A stretch of DNA of 64,000 bases, from positions 8,246,001 to 8,310,000 of the forward strand of contig OZ281497.1 in NCBI GenBank assembly GCA_965637545.1. Reading direction: 5' to 3'. The stretch is from Phallusia mammillata (lineage: Eukaryota). Shown here in pieces: positions 1-12,074 of the stretch. The translations under genes and the position numbers were made by a program. The notes under the pieces are model-generated. The model made no database searches and was not told the DNA's origin. It saw nothing but the letters and a program-made list of their open reading frames with translations. Every line of letters begins with the position of its first letter. The stretch's first letter is position 1.

Positions 1-816
1 AATGAACTGGATAATGAAGATTTGTATGCAATTGTTTAGATGCCAGCACTCTGTTGATATCATACAGGTTTTTGGGATGACATGCCCTGTCAGCTTGCTG
101 TTATTGTTTATGTGCTTTTTACCAAAACTGTTTGCGTTAGGCAAAAAACATAGTTAGTTTCCTTTCCTAAAAAAAAAAACGAAAATATAATGTCGTCGTG
201 TCTCTTTTCACATTTATCGAGTAGTTAACAAAAACAAATAAATAATAATATTCAATAATATTCATTTAACTTTTTTTGCACCTGGTGTAAACTAGCTTAC
301 GTCTAGTCTAGCTTGGGTGTACAAAAAACTGTTGATTTGCATAAGAATGGACTTTATTTCCATAAACGTCTTGTGAACGTATTTTGTTCAGCATCAATCA
401 CTAGAAAAAAGGTAACTGTCAGTACAACGTATTTCCTGAATAATAGTTGCCTAGTATATAGTTGCAATCCACAATAAAATAATGTATTATTTAGTCTTTA
501 ATGCTGATAGACATTTCTTGAGGGTGTACTAAGTTTTGAGTGATGGCTGGGGCATGTTCTTTAGAAAGAGTTTAAATGTAAGAAAATGGAATCTGTGGCT
601 ATTTGTCGTTTTGTTTGTGAAAAAGATTGCCTCATACTTCAGTTAATTATTTGTTTAAAACACATGTCGTTAAGTTGATATTGTTGTTTTTTGTTTTTGC
701 ATGAATTGCCTACAAGTGCACACAGTAGCGCCGAGTTCGAAACACGTTTGTTATGAGCAAAAGACTGTTATGAGTTTTTGTTTTCATATGACAATCTTAG
801 AATCTCCTGTTTTTAA

Positions 817-1935
817 ATGGACTTTTTAGCTTTGTATTTAATCCGACCACTTTGTGGAGGCAAACACTTGTAATACTTTTTAAAGAATTTCAATATATTG
901 TCGAAATGATTCCAGTCAATACGTATGCACTTGCATAGATGGGTTGCTTTGCGTTGCAATCTAACGTGCCTAATAACTAAAGAAATCTTTAACGTTGTCA
1001 ATTCTTATATGAATCTAAAAGGTGGGTTTGTGTGTATGTAAAAGAAAATAAAAAACTTAAAAAAAAACGATTAACCAGTAATATTATTTAAAGGCAAGTC
1101 ACCAGTTTTTGATATATGTAAAACTTTTCGATGTATTTTAGAAAGCTTGTTCTCATTTAAAATTGGTGCAAAAAGGATCAATAGCACATAGAAATTTAAG
1201 TAGAGTGATGGGAGTGACGTTTTGATTCCAAGCACTGTGTGGAATTAGGGACAACAACAATAACGGGAACGAACACTGTGTTGTAATGAGTTTCAAACGT
1301 TATACTAAACCGCCTACATCGTACGGCTGGTATGACGTAGCGTGCCGTTATCATACTGCGGGATTTATTTGTGAGAAAGCCACACCAGGTAACCAAAGTG
1401 ATGTTTGAGAAAACATAGACACAAGTTGAAAACAATATATATTCGATAAAATAAAAACTGCTGGTTATTGAAAATTTATATTGACTGCATTTTTACGTAT
1501 AATTTGCTAAACCTCAACACAATGTAGCACTTGCTTCCGTTAATGTTTCATTGATTTTTTCATCACACAGATCTTATACGTTTTTTTCTATGTTTTACAT
1601 CTGAAGGTAAAAACGGAAAGATTATCTTTACTGTCATATCATTAGGTGACCTGCTGATCGCAATAATTTGCACTCTCGCTGTGGTAATGACGTTGCGAAG
1701 AAGTAAAAAAAGGTTATCATGTGCTTTCTGACAACCTTTGTATAATTTATGATGCAATTAGGGCAACTCAAAATTGGATGGTTGTAACGATCCATACATT
1801 TGCAAAATGTTAACACAGAACTTTGCAACATTGTTTTGTTCGCATATTTGGACCACAAACCATCATTGCTAATTTGGTTTTGGTAACAGTAAGTGCATTG
1901 ATAAACTTTGTTTTACACAGTTGAAGTAGAACGTA
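817..1935 (+). pseudogene. C-type lectin receptor copy L1 (decayed)
   Basis: Homologous to the exons of the 37923 copy: exon1 817-1021, exon2 1142-~1389, TM exon ~1590-1711, start of exon4 ~1920. Frameshifts and in-frame stops in exons 1-2, TM acceptor lost, exon 4 end and exon 5 deleted. Confidence 0.85.
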
Positions 1936-4044
1936 GATTATTCTAATGTCACATTTAAATAGGCAAGTTAAAACTTATCAACAGAAAAGAGAGTGCACAC
2001 AAAGTCAACCATGATTTTGCCTGTTTAAAAACAAAAAATGGATATATCCATAACCTGATCATTATTATACTCAACTAAGAGAGAGAGAGAATGCCTTCAG
2101 TATACTTTAATCAGTCTGCGTTTTTGGTTGTACAATGAAACGTTTTTGGTTGTACAATCTAATGAAACATAAAAATCGATTTCGCCATCATAATGGCTTT
2201 ACCGTTCTTACATTTCATTCTATCTCAAAATGTTTAAGTAAACACACTAAAGCAAAGCTCTGATTTGTAACCAGTGTGAACAAACCAACTGTAACGGACG
2301 TAATTACTCAAAAATCTGTACAGATTGATGCTGCACCGACCACCGCAACAGGGTTTCCTAAAGTCTCGAACGCAACACTGCCTGTCTGACAGGTACAAAT
2401 TCCTAATCTTTTGCACGACAGCATTGCTTCTCTGCTAAACGAACAGAAACATACATGATTTGAAACTGTGAGCAATAAAACTTGATTTAAGTTTTATTGC
2501 TCACAGTTTCAAATCATGTATGTACTTAACAAAAGGGAAAGGTAACTTTCAAAACATTTTGGACAAACGTTTACTTTGAAACCTAACAACTTTCATATTC
2601 AGTCGCAAATTATTGATGTTTATATTAACTTCAACGTCATCATTTACAGAAAACATTTCAAAAGGTTTTTAAATAATATTCAACTCCACTCCACTATCAT
2701 TGACAGCAATTCCAGTGATAATGCTTCACATTGGTAACAGAATGTCATGGGTGAACTAAACCGTTTTTCATGCCCTGGCCAAATAAAGTGTTGATATTGC
2801 GGAATCAGGCCACAAGATTGCCATACAAGTAAACAAGGAGTATATACCAACTTACCTTTAAGTATAGTTTGATATCAACATCTAACATTTAAAAATAAAT
2901 CGCATCGGAGCAATCAAGAATTTTTTTTATCCACCAAACGTTTATGAAAATTTGGTTGAATCTAAAAATTTGGATTTTGAATAACTTTGGCGTTGCTTTA
3001 GATTTCGTTCTGAAATTATTTCTGTCAAGCGAATGACACATCCTACATTATTAGCTTTTGATTTTCAATATATGCTGCAGAACGCTGATTAAAACATTGT
3101 GACTTGGTCAATCAATTTGAAAGCAAAACCTGTAGAATATTTGCCACATACGCGATAAAGTGTACGGAAGCTGGAATTTTGAAACGACACAATAAAAAAT
3201 CACCTTTTCTTCCATTAACTTGGTAATCCGTTGGCGATAATTCTTTGGAACATTATGACTAAACATTGCGTTTGCTTTACTTGTCAGAATGGCCTCGCAT
3301 TGCAGAAGAATGAATTTGTTGAAACAGAGAAAGCTTTTACCTTCACTGAAATAACAATCGATATTGTTGTATAGCAAAGATTGTGTGGGAAATTGGATTA
3401 TAGCTACAATTCCTGAAATAACCATACGTCAAAAAAAAATTATAGTAACCAACTTGTAAATGTTGTGCCTTTAGAATGATTTAACTTGAAAAAAGCAGAA
3501 GCAACCTTGAGCGATCGTAAACGTAATCGACACGTACACATTCAACAAAACGAGAGACATACGCAATTTTCAATATACAACTACTTAACCATGCAATCCG
3601 CAAAGGCACTTAATTCTGCAATGACTGTGGTTTCCTGTTACAGCATGCACAAATTCGTTGAAACAGGCAGACTTATTTTTAACGCATAGCAATAGATGGG
3701 CGGAAAACAGTCATAATTAGTCGTTGTCTGTTTAAACAGCTATTTCAATCAAACGGCCATGGCAACTTTTGGGCCATCACATAACCATTAAGGTACTGGA
3801 TGAAATAAAGAAAAGACTGCAGTCATATACGGCTGTCAGTAACAGGATGCAGCAAGTATTTGACAAATTGTTTAAACCTAGCACGCTTTAAGCAAGTCCA
3901 TTTCCTTCAAGAAAAAAATTTTGAGTGTGTTTGAACCTAACGCTCAGTAAACACAAGAGTTAACAACAGCAGCGTTTTGTAGCGTAGGATTTGAGAATAA
4001 TGATTGCGTCACAACCACTTTTAGGTTTACCGTAAGACCAAGAA

Positions 4045-5380
4045 GTCAAGCTATACAGGCGCAGATGGTTGTTTCTGGCAGCGCAAACACATTTAATGTT
4101 TATTGGCGGCTTTGCTTTTTCTTGTTTTGGCGAGATTAGCAGTGTATATGTTGCATTTTTTCATGTGGATTACTGGCAAGTGGACTGGACCACAATAGCA
4201 CACTTTATAGCGCCATTTGCAATAACTTTGTCACTAACTGCCTTGGCATCATGTCGTCACATCAAGTTGCGTTTCATAACAAACACTTCTGCCGCTTGTT
4301 TGACCATCAGTTATGCTTGTTTTACCATATCTCTCTTGCATGGCTCTTTGTTTATAGTGATGGTGATTGGCCAAGCGTTTGTGGGTATTGCTGCCCTTCT
4401 GTTGCAAGCCGTTTCGCCCATTTTCGCCGTACTTTGGTTTCCAGAGAGCGAAGTCGGTATTACATTAGGAATACAGTTGTTTGGATGTTACGGAGGCATG
4501 GTAGTAGGTTCCGCATTACCAGTGACGTTACTTGACAAATTGGGAAATACAAGTCACATCCAAGCCGATGAATCATTTCAAAATGACCAAAATATATTGA
4601 TGACGATGTACGGTTCGGTGCTGGCTGTTGCCATAGCAGTAAATATCTTTCTGGCAATTTTTATGACCGATCATCCACCAAAACCTCCGACAATCGCTCA
4701 AGCTCTGAAAGATGGAAATAAGCCCATTAAATTTAATGTTCTTTGCTATTGGAAATTGACAAAAAAAGTTCTGACCAACAAAAGTTTCTTAATCGCAACG
4801 CTTATATATGCAGTATTGTTGGAAATTATTGCAGTACAGTACGTACTAATGTCGCAATTAAATACTTCCCATCAACGCTACAGAAAATCTTCCGTTATCC
4901 ATCAATCAAGTTGCAGGATATCTTTTGACGGCCAATGCCGTTGGCGGTGCTATTGGTGCCTTTGTTATGGGAAGAATAGTAAAAAACTATAAAAAATACA
5001 AAGTCGCAACTATTGTCGGCTGCCTGGTGACACTCTTTTTCTCATGCGGCTTGACTGTCGCGTGTTTTGAATCCAGTTATCTATTTATGTGCCTCTGCAA
5101 CTTTATTCTCGGCGCCACTTCAAGGGCCGTAATGATTCCAACATACGAAATTATGACACAGGAAACATACCCGATTAACGAAACTTTTGTGAGTATTTGG
5201 ATGTCAAGCTTGCAGGCTCCGCTTGGACTTGTGTATGGCTTGATAGGCAGAGCGTTATTTGAAACATTAGGAAGTGCGTCAGTAATAATTTTTTTGCCAG
5301 TCCACTACGCTCTCACACTGCCACTAAGTTTTCTTATTACCAGCACGAACGAAAGATTTCAGGTAGCCCAAAGGTACTAG
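4045..5380 (+). pseudogene. FLVCR/SLC49-like MFS transporter, intronless, frameshifted (copy 1)
   Basis: KLYRRRWLFL N-terminal motif, VDW, W-F-P-E-S-E-V-G loop, DHPPKPPT loop and E-T-Y-P motif typical of FLVCR-type MFS. Two ORFs (4069-4992, 4925-5380) are joined by a 2-nt insertion near 4859 relative to copy 2; in-frame TAA at 4033 and no clear start. Confidence 0.8.
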
Positions 5381-6708
5381 AGCAAAATAGGAAATCAACA
5401 TTTTTGTGTCTGCCTGTGTATATAACTGATTTGTGTACCAGTGATGTGTCAAACCGAGCCCTAATTCCTTACATGAGCGCTACTATAAAAAAATAACTCA
5501 CTGCGGGTGTTACGTGTCAATTTGTACTTGAAATTATGCTTTTTTGTTGTATTAGCCCTCACATAACGGTTTACTTCAAGCAGACAAATGCAATAAATAG
5601 CCTTGTCGTTACAGGCCTAGCCATGCGGTGATAATAGTGAAAACAATTAAAAGTGTTTGTTTCGTACGATTTAAATTCATCTTTCATTTCACCCATTGTC
5701 GTTTATTTGTTTCCTTGTAAAGATCATTTTTTCTGTTTCGATTATTTCAAAAAATGTGGTAAATTGTCGTACCTCGTGCGACCCAATTTGTTACTAGGCA
5801 GTTTGGAAAAAAACGTTATATCTTCCAGAATAACTGCTTTTAAATGTTTTTGATCTTAATTATGAAATGTGCTAATAAAGAAGTAAACACATACTATTGT
5901 TAACTACAAACTCATTCGGCAACAAACAACATTTTTTGAATTTTTACTTATTCATTCAGGCAAACAATTTGATGTGAATCGGTCAAAACCGAATATTTTA
6001 CGAACACAAATTCAAAGTGCAATACCTATCTTTTCTGCTTAATGTACCACGCATTCTTCCAACTCCGTCCCAACAAAATCGGGTGAAGCTTTTTAATTTT
6101 TAAATCATTATCGTTTTTCCGATTTGGGACAAAAAGTCAGTAATTTATTAACAGACTGGCAATCATGGTCGAGGCAGTCTAAACAAACACAGAAACAAAG
6201 AAACACAACAATTCTGCACTGTTTGCCTGGTAGATAAACTTTTCATTGTATATCAAGCGTAATTACGTGCAACTTCAGTTGATTCGACCGTTTTATTTTT
6301 ATAAGGCAAAACTGCCGAATATTCAGTTTGGGCCAAACAAATTACCCCGATTTAGTGCATCTTTAGTTTTTACCAACACATGGAGGCGAAATTAAGAATC
6401 TATGCAATGACCAATCGGTCGTAATCGCTGCTTTTATTTGTGTCACTGTTTTTTTATCTGTCCGAAATATTAAACTTTCGAGTATTTTAACTTTTAAACT
6501 ATGCCCAATATCATACATTCATTGTTTGGTTCAAAAATGCACAGGAGCATGTGTTTTTCGTAAATTAAACAGAATTTAAAATTACACACAATTCGATACG
6601 GCTTGAATTAATTTAGACAAAAATAAAAGAAGTAGTAAAACCCAGTTACCAAAAACGTTAAATTAAACATGGACATCATTCAGGTAAATATTTCGTGTTT
6701 TTCGGCCA

Positions 6709-7201
6709 CTAGCGAGTCAAGTACTCGTGGCGAAGCGAAATATAGTTGTGCCACTGCTGAGCTACAAGACGAAGCTTGAGTGCAACAATCGGGTGATAAA
6801 ACATGTTGGTCACTTCGGTGTCTGAGTCACTGTTTCCGTAGAACATCTTCAAACACGAGTAACAAACATTTGCAGCTGATTTAAAGAACACTTTTTCTTA
6901 GCTAATCACCTGAAATAATTTACTCACATCAACTTGGACAAAATAGACGTGGCTAATAAACAATATCAAACAACTCCACATAAAATTGCTGGACTTTGAT
7001 AGAGGAAAATGTATACAATGCGAATTCAAATACAACTGACAATTTTCTATAAAAACTTGTCGAATATTGGCTGGTAACTTAGATCGTCATGGCCAGAAGC
7101 GTCTTAAACAGTTTGCCAGTTCAAGTAGTCTCATGAGGCCACATATACTGAATTTTGTACCTTGTCACTCATTGGTCAAGCTGATTTCTTCTTTGTGTGA
7201 T
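6709..7201 (-). pseudogene. F5/8 type C (discoidin) gene 3' fragment
   Basis: Terminal exon 6846-6709 (FYGNSDSDTEVTNMF...LRHEYLTR*) matches 42750-42613, with final Cys->Arg. The preceding exon remnant ~7201-7080 has an indel and a lost donor (ctaagt); upstream exons are absent. Confidence 0.8.
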
Positions 7202-7232
7202 TCGTTTAGGCCGCGTTGACTATTTCCTAGGC

Positions 7233-7471
7233 CAGTGGTTCCCAAATTTAACTTAGAAGTTCGCTTGTTTACAAATATCAATAATCTAAGAGCAGCTTGG
7301 GACATCACAGACGAGTTTAAGACATTTGATTATGCGCAAACAATTGTTGTTTTACACCACAAGTATACTTGAGATCTTATAAGATTGTAGAACCTTGGGC
7401 TCTTGGGTGTCCTACGAATATCGCTCTACGCACCGCTTTTGGATCATTTGACTATAGTTTGAAAACCGCTG
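7233..7471. mobile_element. hAT-like MITE, degenerate
   Basis: Imperfect TIR cagtggttcccaaa / tttgaaaaccgctg; flanks tcctaggc and acctagaa share cctag (decayed 8-bp TSD). Confidence 0.55.
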
Positions 7472-7653
7472 ACCTAGAACTAATCAAATAGTATATGGGA
7501 AATATTGGATAAAAAAATATGTTTCTGTCTATTTTTTAGCGCCTGGCGCAGTCCGTAATATCAATATCCTAAAATGTATTTTAATATCGAAGGCCGCACT
7601 TAGTGCCCTAAAAGGCCGCATGCGGCCTTTAGGCCGCAGGTTTCCCACCCCTG
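7472..7653. mobile_element. Right end of another hAT-like MITE
   Basis: Ends in ggccgcaggtttcccacccctg, with ggccgc subterminal repeats resembling the other MITE ends in the window; left end not found. Confidence 0.4.
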
Positions 7654-7714
7654 AACTAGTATGTGGCACCCCTTGCGTTTGACAAGTATAAACAGTTGCT
7701 CTAAAAAGATCGTT

Positions 7715-8450
7715 GTCTAAGTGTAAATTATTTGCTTCGCTCTTACCTGAAATTGTCTGTGTAGATTTTAATTAAAAGTAACAATTTTTCTAAAGATATT
7801 ATGTGCATGAGTTTGAGTGACGTAAACATCCCGAGGGACTCAAAGAAGCTTCATACAAGCGAGTTTTCATTTAGTACGGACGAGGAAAAAATGCGTTTCA
7901 AAAACTCAAGTGTTTTTTTATTGGTGATTAGGTTTGCTAACATAGCAAATTAATCAAGCAAATTAATCCACAAAACTGGTTATGTTATTATAATGGCACA
8001 ATAAGCTGCAGTTCTAAAAATGCAATTTAAAACCGTCACTAACTTAAATGATAGTTTTTTTTGTTATTTTCTTGGTGACATGGTGCTGTCGTGCAATAAA
8101 CACTCCACACTTTATTTTCTGTTGCATTTTTTATGAGCACAATGTGAATTTGGAATTTCAGGACATTTCACTTTACGACCATTCTGATTAAACTTTATGG
8201 AAACAGATTGCCGCCGAGGACTTAGCCGAGCCAGCTGAACAGCACATTCGTGGAATTTTTCGAAAATGGGATGAAACGTGAAAGAAAGTCTAACAAAAAT
8301 AAAGAACATTAAACGCAGCAGCCGCAAAACCCTCTTTTGGAGTAAATGGCGAACGAACATTACATGAAACAAAATTCCGGAGGGTGCTTTATTCCCTGAC
8401 CAAATCTAACTGTTGCGGAGTGAAACGCGTAATGCACCCTACACATCCTG
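7715..8450 (+). repeat. ~750-bp dispersed repeat, inverted copy at ~21035-21775
   Basis: For example, atgtgcatgagtttgagtgacgtaaacatcccgagggac at 7801 is the reverse complement of 21645-21683 apart from a few substitutions; colinear match over the whole length. Confidence 0.8.
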
Positions 8451-9462
8451 ACATCAAGGAAATGAAGACAAAATTTCATTTTAAAGATTTTTTTTTCTTG
8501 TAATCTTTCGTATTTTGTGTTAAAGTTTCTGTCCAATGAAAGAATCTTATAAGCCAAAGTTTAATTCCTACACATTTTCCTCTCCGAATATGTCCAACTT
8601 CTGGGTGTTTGGTGTTCTGCACCTCTAAACTGCATCCTCGTTTTTGTTGGCAATTAGTCGCAGGGAAAAGGAATAGAAACCTTGACATAATAATTTTTTT
8701 TTGCCTAATACAATCAATTCTGTTCTGCTTATAACTGACGTATTATTCCCTCTTATTAGGATTGGCTAACATAAAGTTTATTTGGGCCTTTTTTGGTAAG
8801 TAGCTTAATTGGAACATGATAATTTACTTATTTTTTTGACGTATGATTTTGCATGTGTTTCGTCATTTTTCGTGACGTCATATGATATCAAGTATGATTT
8901 CATTCTCCACATATAGATATAAAACATGCCAATGATTGTTGCTAACCAACTACCGTTTTATTTATGTTGTGATACATACAACTAGCTATTACCTCACAAC
9001 AAAATTGTTTTTTAGCTTTTATGCTTTGAAAAAGTATGGAAAACATGTGCAACGTGAAGCGGTGTTCACTTAGTTTGTTTATTCACTGTTTTCACTTAGT
9101 TTGGCACACGTTTATTTAATATTTAATTATTGCACATTCTTTTCACTGCAACTTTACTTACCCATTAATATATTAGTTCTTTTGTTTCATAATGTTTGTG
9201 TATTTTGTTTGGCCATATTTATTTTCACGTAATTCCTTCCACCTCTTGATTTTTCGCCTTTTGTTTTCTTGTGTTCCATTTTCACCCGTTTTCACTTTAA
9301 TATCTTTTTATGTACTTTTTAACACCGGCAACATTTGAACGCATCCCCGCTTCAGTGATTTCCCGTGGCGCATTGTGATTGGTCACATTCCTAGAGGCAT
9401 GTGACGTCGTTTCTCCTTGTGTTTGGTGTGGCAGTTCTCTCATGGCCCCGGTAAAGTGTGCG

Positions 9463-10340
9463 CAGTGCCGGATTAACCATTAGGCAAAGTAGGCACGTGC
9501 CTACAGGCCAGTCAAAAGTCCAGGCCATTTTAAAATCAACTGAAACGAATTAAAGACGTTAAACCAGGAGTGTGCAACATTTTTCGTCGTTGGCCGTATA
9601 ACCAATTTCGGACCTCAAGCGAGGGCCACATAATTTTTTTTTTCATGTGCACAATAAATTCGAAATTCTTCCAAAAGCATCAGTAAATTTATTTTCTACA
9701 ACATACAGGGTTTCAGCGCAACACTGCATGGCTTTCGCAACAAAATAATTGTTTACTAGACAAAGGGAATTGTTACGTCACATTCGGTGAAATAGGCTGC
9801 ATGCTGTAACTGCTGTATGATCCAACGGTTGGAAAACGCTGATTTAGCTTATATTGGTTTCGTGCAGTGTAGCAACTTAGGAGATGTACCAAAAACTAGT
9901 GAAAAATTTTGCTAAATTCTCAGAAGAATTGCATTTTTTTTTCTTAACCAGTGTGTTAATGAGGGCCACACTGAATAGCTTGGCGGGCCGGACAGTGGCC
10001 CGCGGGCCGTATGTTGCACGGCGCCCCTGCGTTAAACTTTCAACAATGTGTCAACAACGTTTTGGTCGCTGGCACATTTGTGTATTGAAAGCGATCTACT
10101 CCGTAAGATTGACCTCCAAAAACTAGTTAACGCGTTTTCAATCGCAAAAACGCGCTAAGTTGTTATTTAGTTAGGCATATGACCAAGTTTTTGCAGGGTA
10201 CCCTGTGTCATAGTTGCAACAACGATCTTTGTGACAATGATTTGGCAACACTGATAATTCTAATTTTTTGTCGGCAACCCTGATTTTCGGGCCACTTATA
10301 AAATGTGCCTACAGGCCAGCAGACCCTTAATCCGGCACTG
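9463..10340. mobile_element. hAT-type MITE
   Basis: TIR cagtgccggattaa / ttaatccggcactg; perfect 8-bp TSD agtgtgcg (9455-9462, 10341-10348); empty site present in the 3' LTR (~15445). Confidence 0.93.
9565..10029. mobile_element. hAT-type MITE nested in the previous MITE
   Basis: Imperfect TIR caggagtgtgcaacat / atgttgcacggcgcccctg; perfect 8-bp TSD cgttaaac (9557-9564, 10030-10037). Confidence 0.9.
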
Positions 10341-10394
10341 AGTGTGCGCGATTGTTTTGGTGCTGTTGTGCTGTTATTGTGTTTTGCTATAGTG

Positions 10395-10824
10395 CAGGGG
10401 TCACCAAACTTTTTTCACTGCGGGCCGGATGAGTGCTAATAATGATTCGCGCGGGCCGCATAGTTTACATGCCCTAGCGCCGTCTTTCCAAACTTAGCCC
10501 GCGAGGCGTTTTTAGGTGCGCCAATATATGGTCTTTCTACAATCCCATTCAAAAAGTAGTCATGCGACTGTTAAACTGTATAATTAGTCTCATCTTACGA
10601 GCAATGCTTGTATATTACGCCACAAGTGACAAAAGAAGGCACTTATTTGCGCACAATTAATACTTGTAGTCTTGTCTGTGACGTAACAAACTGGCTTTGG
10701 ATCAATTCTGGGCGTTATAATCCTATGAAACTCGGTAACATCAATTCTGAATATCCCCACAGAAAATTTTTTTTAAGGAGTAGATTAAATTTTCGGCCCG
10801 CGGGCCGTAGTTTGGTGACCCCTG
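10395..10824. mobile_element. hAT-type MITE
   Basis: TIR caggggtcaccaaact / agtttggtgacccctg; perfect TSD ctatagtg (10387-10394, 10825-10832); empty site in the 3' LTR (~15492). Confidence 0.93.
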
Positions 10825-11114
10825 CTATAGTGCAACGTGGTTATTGCTGTGACGTAACGTGATCGAACAGTACCTTTCAAAGGTTTTATTAATTACAATA
10901 TATATTATTTTCGGCCAGTAGCGAAGTCACCGTTGTAACAATTGGTTTTAGCGATAAGCCGTTAGTGCAGGGTCTTGGACCGTTTTACGAATTAGGGAGG
11001 TAGCCTCGGGCGTTAGAATACAATCGGGATAGTTGGGAAGATTTAGCGTTAAAGATCTCGCACCCAAACAACTTTCTCTAAATTTCGAGGTTACCAAAAT
11101 TATTCCGTAACAGT

Positions 11115-11132
11115 TGGCGAGCACGTCAGGAC
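11115..11132 (+). other. Primer binding site, probably tRNA-Arg type
   Basis: TGGCGAGCACGTCAGGAC 2 nt after the LTR end; the TGGCGAGC....CAGGA pattern resembles the complement of animal tRNA-Arg(ACG) 3' ends. The tRNA identity is inferred. Confidence 0.65.
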
Positions 11133-11267
11133 CCTGCTATCGCGAGACGGTGACTTTTCTGTGGAGAGAACTCCAATTTTTACACTATTTTTACAAGAGC
11201 TTTTACAGCATACTGTTGTTTTTATTATTTTAAATTGCTTTAAACTTTTTATTGCCTCCGCCTCGGC

Positions 11268-12074
11268 ATGGCCGGGAACGGATTTGCAAGATTTATTAGG
11301 CGGTTTGAATCGTACGCCGACAGCATTAAGGCTACTGAAGAGGTAAAAAGGCACCTGTTCTTGTCTACTATTGATGACGAGCTCCGCTGGTTAATACAAG
11401 GCAATTGGACCGTTCCGTATACAACCTGGATTACTCAGTCATGGTCGAGCGGTCTAAAGAACAGTACCGGTTGCGCGTATTTGCACAAACTTCGCCATCG
11501 ATTGATTACACGTCGGGAGATGCCTCGCGAAACGCCCAGAGAATTTGTGCGTGCAATCAGGGAGCTGGGAGACAAAGCGTACCCCAAGAAAAAGGAAGAA
11601 AAGGTCAAGAGAGAAGTAATGTACACTGTGTTGTTGTCTGGACTACTAGATCATAACCTTGCCGCTAACATTTCAAATAGATTAAACCATAAGCGTGACT
11701 TTTGGTCCGCTGCCGAGTTGCTTTTCAACAAACAATCCCCTGCAATTGTCGCAAAAGTCACTACGCCCGTAGAAGACAAACACAATTTTGACAATACTGT
11801 AATTACTACCCTAAATGAGCTGAAGCTGGGTCTGCACAAAAACACAGAGCATTTAACAAGCATTGTTGCGAGTTTGCAAGCCCAGTGCGAGAATTTGCAG
11901 CAACAAGTTCGGACGCTGGCGTTGGCTCAACACCGTTCCGATGTGCGCCCTTCCCGACCCTTAAATCAGCGAAGATGTTTCAGTTGTGGAGAGTCCGGTC
12001 ATCTGCAACGCCAGTGTCACCGTGGTAAAAAAAACGACGCGCTTTTTACGCGGTCCTATGCAACCCGTCGATAA
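11268..12074 (+). CDS. gag: Gypsy Gag with CCHC zinc knuckle
   Basis: 268-aa ORF after the PBS; CFSCGESGHLQRQC knuckle. Confidence 0.85.
   Translation: MAGNGFARFIRRFESYADSIKATEEVKRHLFLSTIDDELRWLIQGNWTVPYTTWITQSWSSGLKNSTGCAYLHKLRHRLITRREMPRETPREFVRAIRELGDKAYPKKKEEKVKREVMYTVLLSGLLDHNLAANISNRLNHKRDFWSAAELLFNKQSPAIVAKVTTPVEDKHNFDNTVITTLNELKLGLHKNTEHLTSIVASLQAQCENLQQQVRTLALAQHRSDVRPSRPLNQRRCFSCGESGHLQRQCHRGKKNDALFTRSYATRR

Larger units (their letters stand above)
330..7201 (+). repeat. Segmental duplication unit (lectin + MFS + F5/8C 3' part), paralogous to ~37440-43115
   Basis: Same order of lectin, FLVCR-like and F5/8C sequences in both blocks; 5380-5860 is near-identical to 41717-42180. Homology stops at ~7201 inside the F5/8C exon. 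Boundaries approximate. Confidence 0.85.
9048..11112 (+). repeat. 5' LTR, expanded by three MITE insertions
   Basis: Colinear with the 3' LTR once 9463-10348 and 10395-10832 are removed. Confidence 0.93.

Noticed and set aside
2700-2860. Possible third PARP remnant
   Set aside because: Only vague similarity, with stops in most frames.
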